64,000 nucleotides of DNA, taken from NCBI GenBank assembly GCA_902557575.1, contig CACEAR010000001.1, positions 406,674 to 470,673 of the forward strand, in the 5' to 3' direction. Both the position numbers and the translations under genes were made by a program. This stretch comes from an uncultured SAR86 cluster bacterium. Its GTDB lineage: Bacteria; Pseudomonadota; Gammaproteobacteria; Magnimaribacterales; D2472. The notes beneath the pieces were generated by a model. It saw nothing but the letters and a program-made list of their open reading frames with translations, was not told where the DNA came from and did not search any database. Below, in pieces: positions 1-9,668 of this stretch (the stretch's first letter is position 1; the number at the start of each line of letters is the position of its first letter).

Positions 1-729
1 TCCTTTTATTGACACTTCACCAGATGAAAAAGAAATAATTTCTCCTATTTTTTTTTCTAGTAGAAGCTCACCAGAATCATTTATTCCTAAATATTTTCCT
101 TTAATGATCTCATCATTCCTAGCAACAGAAATGATGGCATCGTTATGTATGCAAGACTGATTCCAAAGATTCTTCCAATCATTGAGACCGTCACTAAACA
201 GAGCCTCAAATTTTACTAATATCTTATTAATGATTTTATCTCTCAAGTTTTTACCATTGAGATCTCCGAAATCTCCCCACCAAGTTTCTTTTTTATCTAA
301 CTCAAGATTTATTCCAATACCAACTATGGCTTTTGTATAGTTAGAAAAAACCTCCTTTTCAACTAATATTCCTCCTATTTTCTTTTTTTCAAACACAAGA
401 TCATTTGGCCACTTAAGCTTGATTGAATCTAGATTAAATACTTCTGTGAGGACATCTTTAACCAAAATACCTGTAGCAATACTTATTGGTACATCGAATT
501 CTCTATCCGCAAAGGCTATGGAAAGAGAAATATTGCCCTCTGGACTGTGCCATTTCTTTCCTTTTCGGCCTTTCCCCTTAGCTTGCTTATCTGCAGTTAT
601 TACTAGAATATCTTTATTTGAACTTATTCTTTTGCACTCATCATTAGTTGAGTCTATTAATTGATGAGTTTTGAGCTCAAAATTAGCCAAATTTAGGCCT
701 TTTAGGATAATTTCCTCATTAAATTGCAT
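1..729 (-). CDS. birA: Biotin-[acetyl-CoA-carboxylase] ligase, no N-terminal HTH; 3' end runs off the window
   Basis: Manual translation from ATG at 729: MQFNEEII...IDSTNDE...ADKQAKGKGRKGKKWHSPEG...LKWPNDL...KIGGILVE...VGIGIN...SGEVSIKG; open to position 1. Confidence 0.93.
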   Translation of the reverse strand, partial: MQFNEEIILKGLNLANFELKTHQLIDSTNDECKRISSNKDILVITADKQAKGKGRKGKKWHSPEGNISLSIAFADREFDVPISIATGILVKDVLTEVFNLDSIKLKWPNDLVFEKKKIGGILVEKEVFSNYTKAIVGIGINLELDKKETWWGDFGDLNGKNLRDKIINKILVKFEALFSDGLNDWKNLWNQSCIHNDAIISVARNDEIIKGKYLGINDSGELLLEKKIGEIISFSSGEVSIKG

Positions 730-745
730 GAAAATAAAAAATTAG

Positions 746-774
746 TTGACTTAATGCTATTCTAGATCAAAAAT
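746..774 (+). promoter_or_regulatory. Putative sigma70 promoter for tRNA-Tyr
   Basis: TTGACT-N17-AAAAAT followed by ACACTCC, 14 nt before tRNA; -10 imperfect. Confidence 0.45.
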
Positions 775-788
775 ACACTCCTTTAAAT

Positions 789-873
<85 letters not shown>

Positions 874-878
874 TTTCT

Positions 879-918
879 AACCCTTTTTTTTAGTATATTT
901 TTTTATCAAAAAAAGGTT
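879..918. terminator. AT-rich inverted repeat with T/A tracts after tRNA-Tyr, possible terminator or processing hairpin
   Basis: AACCCTTTTTTTT ... AAAAAAAGGTT arms; weak stem. Confidence 0.3.
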
Positions 919-953
919 GAGTTTATGGACTTTTAGAGGGATAATACGCCACC
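917..953 (+). promoter_or_regulatory. Sigma70 promoter for tRNA-Thr-tuf with GC-rich discriminator
   Basis: TTGAGT(917-922)-N17-GATAAT(940-945)-ACGCCACC. Confidence 0.65.
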
Positions 954-977
954 TTAAATTTTGGAACTGTAATTCGG

Positions 978-1052
<75 letters not shown>

Positions 1053-1082
1053 TTATTGGCAATTTTTTTAGAGAGGCAAAAA

Positions 1083-2273
1083 ATGGCAAGAGAAAAGTTT
1101 GAAAGAAATCTACCACACGTTAATGTGGGAACAATTGGTCACGTTGACCACGGAAAAACTACTTTAACAGCAGCATTAACTAAGGTTTGTGCTGAAGTTT
1201 ACGGTGGTGAAGCAGTTGCATTTGATGGAATTGATAATGCTCCTGAAGAAAGAGAAAGAGGTATAACAATTGCTACATCTCACGTTGAGTATGTATCAAA
1301 TGCTAGACACTATGCACACGTTGACTGTCCAGGTCACGCAGACTATGTAAAAAATATGATTACTGGTGCTGCACAAATGGATGGGGCAATTCTTGTTGTA
1401 AGTGCAGCTGATGGTCCAATGCCTCAAACAAGAGAGCACATTCTTTTAGCAAGACAAGTTGGTGTTCCAAAGATTGTAGTATTTCTAAACAAAGCTGACC
1501 AAGTTGATGATCCTGAACTTCAGGAATTGGTTGAAATGGAAATAAGAGAGCTATTAAATGAGTATGAATTCCCAGGTGATGACACACCTATCATTACTGG
1601 AAGTGCATTAAAAGCTCTAGAAGGAGACACTTCAGATATTGGTGTTCCAGCTGTTCAAAAATTAGTTGAAGAACTTGATGTTTCAATACCTGAACCAGCA
1701 AGAGATACAGACAAGCCTTTCTTAATGCCTGTTGAAGACGTTTTCACTATCTCAGGAAGAGGAACAGTTGTAACTGGAAGAATAGAAACTGGTATTGTTA
1801 AAACTGGAGATGCTCTTGAAATAGTCGGTATTAATGATACAACTGAAACAACATGTACTGGTGTCGAGATGTTTAGAAAATCTCTTGATGAAGGAAGAGC
1901 CGGCGAGAACTGTGGTGTTCTTCTTAGAGGTATAGATAGAGATGCAGTTGAAAGAGGGCAAGTTTTATCTGCTCCTAAATCAATTACACCGCATACAGAA
2001 TTCGAAGCTGAAATTTATGTACTTTCAAAGGATGAAGGTGGAAGACACACTCCATTCTTTAAAGGCTATAGACCTCAGTTTTATTTTAGAACTACTGATG
2101 TTACAGGTGCCTGTGAATTACCAGATGGGGTTGAGATGGTAATGCCAGGTGATAACGTCAAAATGACAGTAACACTGATTGCTCCTATTGCTATGGACGA
2201 AGGTCTTAAGTTTGCAATACGTGAAGGTGGGCGAACAGTTGGTGCTGGAGTTGTTGCTAAGATCATTAAGTAA
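1083..2273 (+). CDS. tuf: Elongation factor Tu
   Basis: [37 protein letters not shown]-terminal EGGRTVGAG; start trimmed from ORF 1056. Confidence 0.99.
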   Translation: MAREKFERNLPHVNVGTIGHVDHGKTTLTAALTKVCAEVYGGEAVAFDGIDNAPEERERGITIATSHVEYVSNARHYAHVDCPGHADYVKNMITGAAQMDGAILVVSAADGPMPQTREHILLARQVGVPKIVVFLNKADQVDDPELQELVEMEIRELLNEYEFPGDDTPIITGSALKALEGDTSDIGVPAVQKLVEELDVSIPEPARDTDKPFLMPVEDVFTISGRGTVVTGRIETGIVKTGDALEIVGINDTTETTCTGVEMFRKSLDEGRAGENCGVLLRGIDRDAVERGQVLSAPKSITPHTEFEAEIYVLSKDEGGRHTPFFKGYRPQFYFRTTDVTGACELPDGVEMVMPGDNVKMTVTLIAPIAMDEGLKFAIREGGRTVGAGVVAKIIK

Positions 2274-2289
2274 AAGAATTTAAGCGATT

Positions 2290-2324
2290 GCCAAGACATG
2301 GAAGTCTTGGCGCGCCTTTTTTTT
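2290..2324 (+). terminator. Intrinsic terminator-like hairpin after tuf
   Basis: GCCAAGAC-ATGGAA-GTCTTGGC, then GCGCC and T8. Confidence 0.55.
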
Positions 2325-2349
2325 AATGGGGAAAGTAAATAACGTTTTT

Positions 2350-2425
2350 AGGCCAGTAGCTCAATTGGTAGAGCACCGGTCTCCAAAACCGGGGGTTGGG
2401 GGTTCAATTCCCTCCTGGCCTGCCA
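2350..2425 (+). tRNA. tRNA-Trp(CCA)
   Basis: AGGCCAG/CTGGCCT+GCCA, anticodon arm CCGGT-CTCCAAA-ACCGG; canonical position before secE. Confidence 0.97.
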
Positions 2426-2449
2426 ATGAGGAAGAGTTTAGGAAGAATT

Positions 2450-2812
2450 ATGAGTAAACAAGAGTCATTTAAATTCTTAGACAAAGCAAAGTGGTTAATT
2501 TCATTATCCTTCTTTGTAGTCGCTGTTGTTGGCAACAGTTATTACACAGAAGTTGCATTTCTTTATAGAGTTTTGGGCGTTGTTGGTCTTATTGGCCTCG
2601 GCATACTTTTCATGGCACTGACTGATTTTGGAAAATCGTCAATAAAACTTATGGCAGAATCAAGAACTGAGTTAAGAAGAGTTGTTTGGCCTACAAGGGT
2701 TGAAACAACTCAGACATTTTTAATTGTTTTTATCTCTATCCTTGTTCTTGCATTACTTTTATGGGGATTAGAGTCTTTATTAAGCTGGTTAACAAAACTA
2801 ATTTTAGGATAA
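2450..2812 (+). CDS. secE: Preprotein translocase SecE (3-TM form)
   Basis: ESRTELRRVVWPTRVET motif; start trimmed to ATG 2450 past the tRNA. Confidence 0.95.
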   Translation: MSKQESFKFLDKAKWLISLSFFVVAVVGNSYYTEVAFLYRVLGVVGLIGLGILFMALTDFGKSSIKLMAESRTELRRVVWPTRVETTQTFLIVFISILVLALLLWGLESLLSWLTKLILG

Positions 2813-2815
2813 GAG

Positions 2816-3343
2816 ATGGAGTGGTTTGTAGTTCAAGCATATTCAGGATACGAACAGAAAGTTAAAGCTGCTATGGAAGAAAGAATTATGTTGGCAGATC
2901 TAAAAGAGAAGTTCGGAGAAATTCTTGTACCTACTGAGCAGGTTGTTGAGCTAAAAAGCGGTGAACAGAAAAAAACAGAAAGAAAATTCTTCCCAGGATA
3001 TATCCTCATTCAAATGGAACTTGATGATGACACTTGGCAGTTAGTCAAACAAACTCCAAGAGTTTCAGGGTTTGTTGGAGGAACTAGAGAAAAACCAAGC
3101 CCAATCACTGATGCTGAAGTTAATAGCATTATTAATAGGATTGAAGTAGGCGAAGAAGCTCCTAGACCTAAAACTATGTTTGAACCAGGTGAAGTTATCA
3201 GAGTCTGTGATGGACCCTTTAACGATTTCAATGGCGTTGTAGAGGAAGTTGATTATGAAAGGAACTCAGTAAAAGTTTCTGTTCAGATTTTAGGGAGATC
3301 AACTTCTGTGCAATTAAATTTCATGCAAATAGAGAAAACTTAA
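2816..3343 (+). CDS. nusG: Transcription termination/antitermination factor NusG
   Basis: WFVVQAYSGYE, FFPGYILIQM, KOW GEVIRVCDGPF. Confidence 0.98.
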   Translation: MEWFVVQAYSGYEQKVKAAMEERIMLADLKEKFGEILVPTEQVVELKSGEQKKTERKFFPGYILIQMELDDDTWQLVKQTPRVSGFVGGTREKPSPITDAEVNSIINRIEVGEEAPRPKTMFEPGEVIRVCDGPFNDFNGVVEEVDYERNSVKVSVQILGRSTSVQLNFMQIEKT

Positions 3344-3778
3344 ATGGCTAAAAAGAAAAAAGTTGCAAATATTTTGAAATTACAAATACCCGCGGGAGCA
3401 GCTAATCCAAGCCCACCTGTTGGCCCTGCTTTAGGACAAGCGGGACTTAACATTATGGATTTTTGTAATGCATTCAATGATAAAACTAAAGATTCAGAGA
3501 AGGGCGTTCCTCTTCCAGTTGTAATAAGTGTTTATGAAGATAAATCCTTTGATTTTGTTGTTAAAACACCACCAGCAGCTGTGTTAATTAGAAAGGCTTT
3601 GAACATTCCTAAAGGAAGTGGAGAACCTAACAGAGAAAAGGTTGGAAAAATCTCAAGAAAACAACTAGAAGAAATTGCAAAAGCAAAAGAGCCAGATTTA
3701 AATGCCAATGATTTGGATAATGCGGTAAGAATTATTGCAGGTACAGCAAGAAGTATGGGAGTGGATGTAGAAATATAA
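3344..3778 (+). CDS. rplK: 50S ribosomal protein L11
   Basis: [26 protein letters not shown]. Confidence 0.99.
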   Translation: MAKKKKVANILKLQIPAGAANPSPPVGPALGQAGLNIMDFCNAFNDKTKDSEKGVPLPVVISVYEDKSFDFVVKTPPAAVLIRKALNIPKGSGEPNREKVGKISRKQLEEIAKAKEPDLNANDLDNAVRIIAGTARSMGVDVEI

Positions 3779-3780
3779 TT

Positions 3781-4467
3781 ATGGTTACAAAAAAACAAAA
3801 AAGTATTCTAGAAAGCGTTGATAGCATGACTGATTACTCATTAAGCGATGCTGTGAAGATTCTGCAAGAACATAAATCACCAAAATTTGATGAGTCTCTA
3901 GATGTAGCTATCAAGCTTGGAGTTGACGGGAATAAATCTGATCAAAATGTTCGAGGAGCTTTAACACTTCCAAACTCTCTTGGTAAAGAAGTTGTTGTAG
4001 CTGTTTTTGCCGATGGTGATGCAGCTGAAGATGCAAAATCAGCCGGTGCTGATTTTATAGGTATGGATGATTTGAGTGAGAAGTTTACAAAAAATGAGAT
4101 CGCTGTAGATGTTGTAATCTCAACACAGGCAGCTATGAAAGTCGTTGGTAAGCTTGGCCAGGTTTTAGGACCAAAAGGGCTTATGCCAAATCCTAAAACT
4201 GGAACTGTTACTGATAATGTTGCCGATGCAATAAAGAATGCAAAATCTGGACAAGTTAGATTCAGAACTGATAAAAGCGGTATTGTTCATGGTTGCATAG
4301 GAAAAGTTTCATTTGATGATGGCAAGGTAAATCAGAATTTAACTGCACTTGTTGAAGAATTAAAAAGATTAAAACCAGCATCCGCCAAGGGTGTATATAT
4401 AAAAGGTATTTCAATTAGCAGCACAATGGGGCCAGGATTGAAATTAAATATATCGGAGCTGGCATAA
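3781..4467 (+). CDS. rplA: 50S ribosomal protein L1
   Basis: KFDESLDVA, LGPKGLMPNPKTGT, STMGPG. Confidence 0.99.
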   Translation: MVTKKQKSILESVDSMTDYSLSDAVKILQEHKSPKFDESLDVAIKLGVDGNKSDQNVRGALTLPNSLGKEVVVAVFADGDAAEDAKSAGADFIGMDDLSEKFTKNEIAVDVVISTQAAMKVVGKLGQVLGPKGLMPNPKTGTVTDNVADAIKNAKSGQVRFRTDKSGIVHGCIGKVSFDDGKVNQNLTALVEELKRLKPASAKGVYIKGISISSTMGPGLKLNISELA

Positions 4468-4513
4468 GTTTTTAGAGTTTTTTAAAACTCTAGATTGTTG
4501 CGTTTATTCGCAG

Positions 4514-4608
4514 CCGTCGAAGACCGTAGGTGCTTATTAGCTTAATTTCCTACGCAGGTGGTGACTCAATTGCATTAGCAGTTTGTCGCCAAAAATGACC
4601 GAAAGGTC
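4514..4608 (+). ncRNA. L10 leader (rplJ autoregulatory RNA)
   Basis: GAAGACCGTAGG...CTTAAT..CCTACG core typical of L10 leader, GGTGAC/GTCGCC stem, GACC-GAAA-GGTC hairpin before SD. Confidence 0.85.
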
Positions 4609-4624
4609 TAAATAGGAGAATTGT

Positions 4625-5155
4625 ATGGCATTAGCCAAAAATGAAAAAGAAAGGATTGTTGAGGAAGTAAAAGCTGTTGTTGCAGATGCATCTACATTGG
4701 TGATATCTGATGCAAGAGGTTTAAAAGTTTCTGAACTATCTGAAATAAGAAAGGAAGCAAACGAAAAAGGTGTGCATATTCAAGTGATAAAAAATTCACT
4801 TGCAAAGCTTGCATTTAAAGATACCGATTTTGGTTGCACAGAAGAGGCTCTCAAGGGTCCTTCATTATTTGCTTTTTCTTTTGCTGAGCCAGGAGCTGCT
4901 GCAAAGTTACTCAAAACATATGCTAAAAACTTCGAAGCTCTCGAAATTAAAGCATTATGTGTTGAGGGCCAACTGCTAGATGGAAGCCAAATTGATTTAT
5001 TGGCAACACTCCCATCAAGAGAAGAGGCTATTACTTTAATTGCATCAGTTCTTCAAGCACCCATGGGCAAGTTTGCTACTTTATTAAATGAAGTTCCAAG
5101 TAAGCTTGCAAGGGTTCTTGCTGCAGTTCGTGACAATAAACAGGCTAGTGCCTAA
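4625..5155 (+). CDS. rplJ: 50S ribosomal protein L10
   Basis: [20 protein letters not shown]; position before rplL. Confidence 0.98.
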   Translation: MALAKNEKERIVEEVKAVVADASTLVISDARGLKVSELSEIRKEANEKGVHIQVIKNSLAKLAFKDTDFGCTEEALKGPSLFAFSFAEPGAAAKLLKTYAKNFEALEIKALCVEGQLLDGSQIDLLATLPSREEAITLIASVLQAPMGKFATLLNEVPSKLARVLAAVRDNKQASA

Positions 5156-5169
5156 ATCGGAGAATTATT

Positions 5170-5559
5170 ATGGCAACAATAAAATCTGAAGACATTCTTA
5201 AAGCGATTGAAGAAATGTCAGTTATGGAGTTAGTAGAGCTTATTTCTGCTATCGAAGAAAAATTTGGTGTTACTGCAGCTGCTGCAGTCGCTGCCGCACC
5301 TGCTGCAGCTGCTGGCGATGCTGCTGGTGGTGATGCTGCTGAAGAGAAAGACGAATTTGATGTTGTTCTTTCTGCAGCTGGCGACCAAAAAGTCCAAGTT
5401 ATTAAAGCAGTTAGAGCTATAACAGGTCTTGGTCTTAAGGAAGCTAAAGACTTAGTCGATGGCGCTCCAAATACTCTTAAAGAGGGTGTTAAAAAAGAAG
5501 AAGCTGAAGAAATGCTTAAACAGCTTTCAGAAGCTGGAGCTACAGCAGAACTTAAATAA
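5170..5559 (+). CDS. rplL: 50S ribosomal protein L7/L12
   Basis: [10 protein letters not shown] hinge, [16 protein letters not shown]. Confidence 0.99.
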   Translation: MATIKSEDILKAIEEMSVMELVELISAIEEKFGVTAAAAVAAAPAAAAGDAAGGDAAEEKDEFDVVLSAAGDQKVQVIKAVRAITGLGLKEAKDLVDGAPNTLKEGVKKEEAEEMLKQLSEAGATAELK

Positions 5560-5587
5560 TTTTACTAATACTTAAAGGGCAACATAT

Positions 5588-8500
5588 ATGTCATATAGCT
5601 ACACTGAAAAAAAGAGAATAAGAAAAAACTTTGGAAGATTCCCAAAAGTCATGGATCTACCAACCCTGACAGAAACACAGCTGAATTCATATGCTGAGTT
5701 TCTTCAAGCTGAGGTCGATCCCGATAAAAGGGAAAATAAAGGTCTAGAAGAAGTTTTTCAGTCTCTTTTCCCTATAACAAGTGTTTCTGGCAATGCTGCC
5801 CTTGAGTACGTCTCATATGAGCTTGGTAAAAATAGTTTTGATGTTCAAGAATGCCTCATTCAAGGACTAAGTTACTCAGCACCACTTAGAATTAAAGTAA
5901 GGCTTGTAATTTATGACAAAGAGTCTAACTTCGAAGAAGTTAAAGATGTAAAAGAAGGTGAAGTTTTTATGGGAGAGGTTCCTTTAATGACTTCAACAGG
6001 ATCCTTTATCATTAATGGAACAGAGAGAGTTGTTGTTTCACAGCTCCACAGATCCCCTGGTGTTTTCTTTGATCATGACAAAGGAAAAACTCACAGTTCT
6101 GGAAAAGTTTTATATTCTGCAAGAATTATTCCTTATAGAGGTTCTTGGCTAGATTTTGAATTTGATCCAAAAGATAGTCTTTTCTGTAGGATAGATAGAA
6201 AGAGAAAGATACCTGCAACTATTCTTCTAAAAGCATTGGAAATGACTACTGAAGAAATTCTGCAGTCATTCTTTGAAACGGAAACTTATACACTTGATAA
6301 ATCAAGAGTAAAAACTGAATTAAGGCCAGAGAGATTAAGAGGCGAAGTCCTTAGTGAAGACATAAAAGTTAAGAACAAAGTTATAGTCGAAGCTGGTAAA
6401 AGAGTTACTGCAAGACATGTTAAATTGCTCAGAGATTCTGGAGAGAAAGAAATTTCTTTTTCAAATGAATATCTTTTAGGAAAAGTTACTTCCAAAGATA
6501 TATTTGATGAGGAAACCGGAGAGGTTACTTTAGCGTGTAACAGTGAAATAGACGAAGCAGTGTTATCTCTTCTATCGGAAAAAAGCATAACAACAATTGA
6601 TACTCTCTATATTAATGAGTTAGAGAAGGGTCCATATATAGCAAATACGCTTAGAATTGATCCAACATCAAATAGGTTAGAAGCTCTTGTTGAAATATAT
6701 AGAATGATGAGACCTGGCGAACCACCAACTAAAGACTCAGCAGAAACTTTATTTAGAAATTTATTCTTTAACCCTGAAAGATATGATTTATCTGAAGTTG
6801 GAAGAATGAAATTTAATAGAAGGCTAAAAATAGAAGATGAAAGAGAGAATCCAAATGTGCTTGATCTCCAAGATATTATCTCTGTTATGAAAGGCATATT
6901 AGATATTAGAGACGGTCATGACTTTGTTGATGATATTGATCATCTTGGAAATAGAAGAGTCAGGTCTGTCGGAGAAATGACTGCCAACCAATTTAGAGTT
7001 GGGCTTATTAGAGTTGAGAGAGCTGTAAGAGAAAGATTAAGCATGGCTGAAGCAGATGAGCTTGGTCCTCAAGATCTTATTAATGCCAAACCGGTTACTG
7101 CAGCAATAAAAGAATTTTTTGGTTCAAGTCAGTTGTCACAGTTTATGGATCAAAATAATCCATTGTCTGAAATAACTCATAAGAGAAGAGTTTCTGCATT
7201 AGGTCCTGGCGGACTTACTAGAGAAAGAGCGGGCTTTGAGGTCAGAGATGTTCATCCAACCCATTATGGTAGAGTTTGCCCAATCGAAACACCAGAGGGA
7301 CCAAATATTGGTCTTATAAATTCCTTTGCCTCTTATGCAAGGACTAATTCTTATGGATTTATAGAAACTCCTTATAGAAAGGTTGTGAAGGGAACAGTTA
7401 CTGATGAGATTGTTTATTTGTCAGCCATTGACGAAGGCGAGCATATAATCGCTCAGGCCAATGCTACATTGGATAAAAAGAATAAATTTGTCGATGATCT
7501 AGTACCTGTTAGACACTCTAACGAGTTCGAACTGATGTCGTCAGATATGGTTGATTTAATGGATGTTTCGCCTCAGCAAGTAGTTTCGGTTGCTGCATCA
7601 TTAATTCCGTTTTTGGAGCATGATGATGCAAACAGAGCTTTAATGGGTTCAAATATGCAGCGCCAAGCAGTTCCTGTCTTAAGACCAGAGAAGCCTCTTG
7701 TTGGAACTGGTCTTGAAACAGTTGTTGCAAGAGATTCGGGAGTCTGTGTAGTTGCTAAGAATAAAGGGGTCGTTGAAAGCGTTGATGCAGGGAGAATCGT
7801 TGTTAGAGTCACAGATGCAAAAAATAAAACTGCTGAAGTTGATATTTACAATCTTGTTAAATATACAAGATCAAATCAAAATACCTGTATCAACCAAAGA
7901 CCACTTGTAAAGGTTGGCGATAAAGTTGTTGAAGGAGATATTCTTGCTGATGGACCATCTGTAGATAATGGAGAGCTTGCATTAGGACAAAACATTAGAA
8001 TTGCCTTTATGCCATGGAATGGGTATAACTTTGAGGACTCAATTCTTATTTCTGAAAAAGTTGCAAGAGAGGATAGGTTTACATCAATTCATATCCAAGA
8101 ACTAACTTGTGTTGCCAGAGATACAAAACTTGGTTCTGAAGAAATTACTGCTGATATTCCTAATGTTGGAGAAGGATCATTATCAAAACTTGATGAGTGT
8201 GGAATAGTCTATAAAGGTGCAGAAGTTAACCCCGGAGATATCCTTGTTGGTAAGATTACTCCAAAAGGAGAAAATCAATTATCTCCTGAAGAAAAACTTC
8301 TAAGAGCGATATTTGGAGAAAAAGCTTCTGATGTTAAAGATACATCATTAAGAGTTCCAACAAGCACAAAGGGAACTGTTATCGGTGTAGAAGTCTTTAC
8401 AAGAGATGGACTAGAAAAAGATGACAGAACTGTCTCCATTGAAGAAGAGCATTTAGCGCAAGCAAAAAAAGATGCTGATGATGAAACTAGGATTGTTCAG

Positions 8501-9658
8501 GAAGCAACAAAAATTAAAGTTTCTGGATTCCTTAATGGTGAAACAGTTACTAAGGCTCCTGGTTTAAAAAGAGGATCTAAGATCTCATTGGATGACCTTA
8601 AAGAAATGTCTTTAAACGATATTTTTTCAATAAGAACAAAAAAAGCTGATGTAAATACAAGGCTAGAGGAATCAGAGCAGGCTCTAAAAAAGGTTCTTAG
8701 TGAAATCAAAGATAGATTTAATGACAAAAAATCAAAGATTATAAGAGGTCATGACCTTGCTCCAGGCGTTATTAAAATAGTTAAAGTATTTTTAGCCATT
8801 AAAAGGAGAATACAGCCTGGCGATAAAATGGCAGGTAGGCATGGAAACAAAGGTGTTATTTCAGAAATAATGCCAATTGAGGATATGCCTTATGATGAGG
8901 ATGGTAACCCGGTAGATATTGTCTTAAATCCACTAGGAGTTCCATCGAGGATGAATGTGGGCCAGATTCTTGAAACGCATATGGGATGTGCTGCAAAAGG
9001 TGTCGGCAAAATCATTGATGACATGATAAAAAATAAAGAATCAAATGCAGATATCAGAAAATATCTTGAAACTTTGTATAACAAAGATGCTGCAAACCTT
9101 GAGGATCTTGGCTCTTTGACTAATGGAGATATTGATCAGTTAGCTAACAACCTCAGAGCTGGTGTTCCAATTGCATCACCAGTTTTTGATGGCGCTGCAG
9201 AATCTGAAGTTAAAAATATGTTAAAGCTTGCTGGTCTTCCTTCTTCTGGTCAATTTACTTTATTTGACGGAAGAACAGGTAGGAAATTTGATCGTCCAAT
9301 TACTGTTGGTTATATGTACATGATTAAACTCAATCATTTAGTTGACGATAAAATGCATGCAAGATCAACCGGATCATACTCATTGGTCACACAACAACCA
9401 TTGGGTGGAAAAGCTCAGTTTGGAGGTCAAAGATTTGGTGAAATGGAAGTCTGGGCACTAGAGGCTTATGGTGCAGCTTACACTCTACAAGAAATGTTAA
9501 CAGTTAAGTCTGACGATGTTTCTGGTAGAACTAAGATGTACAAAAATATTGTTGATGGCTCATTACAGATGGATGCAAATATTCCTGAATCATTTAATGT
9601 TCTTACAAAAGAGATTAGATCATTGGGAATTAATATTGATTTAGATACAGAAGAATAG
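5588..9658 (+). CDS. rpoB: RNA polymerase beta subunit
   Basis: [48 protein letters not shown]. Confidence 0.99.
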   Translation: MSYSYTEKKRIRKNFGRFPKVMDLPTLTETQLNSYAEFLQAEVDPDKRENKGLEEVFQSLFPITSVSGNAALEYVSYELGKNSFDVQECLIQGLSYSAPLRIKVRLVIYDKESNFEEVKDVKEGEVFMGEVPLMTSTGSFIINGTERVVVSQLHRSPGVFFDHDKGKTHSSGKVLYSARIIPYRGSWLDFEFDPKDSLFCRIDRKRKIPATILLKALEMTTEEILQSFFETETYTLDKSRVKTELRPERLRGEVLSEDIKVKNKVIVEAGKRVTARHVKLLRDSGEKEISFSNEYLLGKVTSKDIFDEETGEVTLACNSEIDEAVLSLLSEKSITTIDTLYINELEKGPYIANTLRIDPTSNRLEALVEIYRMMRPGEPPTKDSAETLFRNLFFNPERYDLSEVGRMKFNRRLKIEDERENPNVLDLQDIISVMKGILDIRDGHDFVDDIDHLGNRRVRSVGEMTANQFRVGLIRVERAVRERLSMAEADELGPQDLINAKPVTAAIKEFFGSSQLSQFMDQNNPLSEITHKRRVSALGPGGLTRERAGFEVRDVHPTHYGRVCPIETPEGPNIGLINSFASYARTNSYGFIETPYRKVVKGTVTDEIVYLSAIDEGEHIIAQANATLDKKNKFVDDLVPVRHSNEFELMSSDMVDLMDVSPQQVVSVAASLIPFLEHDDANRALMGSNMQRQAVPVLRPEKPLVGTGLETVVARDSGVCVVAKNKGVVESVDAGRIVVRVTDAKNKTAEVDIYNLVKYTRSNQNTCINQRPLVKVGDKVVEGDILADGPSVDNGELALGQNIRIAFMPWNGYNFEDSILISEKVAREDRFTSIHIQELTCVARDTKLGSEEITADIPNVGEGSLSKLDECGIVYKGAEVNPGDILVGKITPKGENQLSPEEKLLRAIFGEKASDVKDTSLRVPTSTKGTVIGVEVFTRDGLEKDDRTVSIEEEHLAQAKKDADDETRIVQEATKIKVSGFLNGETVTKAPGLKRGSKISLDDLKEMSLNDIFSIRTKKADVNTRLEESEQALKKVLSEIKDRFNDKKSKIIRGHDLAPGVIKIVKVFLAIKRRIQPGDKMAGRHGNKGVISEIMPIEDMPYDEDGNPVDIVLNPLGVPSRMNVGQILETHMGCAAKGVGKIIDDMIKNKESNADIRKYLETLYNKDAANLEDLGSLTNGDIDQLANNLRAGVPIASPVFDGAAESEVKNMLKLAGLPSSGQFTLFDGRTGRKFDRPITVGYMYMIKLNHLVDDKMHARSTGSYSLVTQQPLGGKAQFGGQRFGEMEVWALEAYGAAYTLQEMLTVKSDDVSGRTKMYKNIVDGSLQMDANIPESFNVLTKEIRSLGINIDLDTEE

Positions 9659-9668
9659 GAGAAATATT

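Noticed and set aside
2396-2449. N-terminal extension of SecE in the ORF track
   Set aside because: Overlaps tRNA-Trp; true start is ATG 2450
3752-3778. GGGAG...GAAATA at the rplK 3' end resembling an L1-binding site
   Set aside because: Explained by conserved L11 residues MGVDVEI; second helix of the L1 site not formable
5270-5340. GCT/GCA-rich repeat in rplL
   Set aside because: Ala-rich hinge typical of L7/L12
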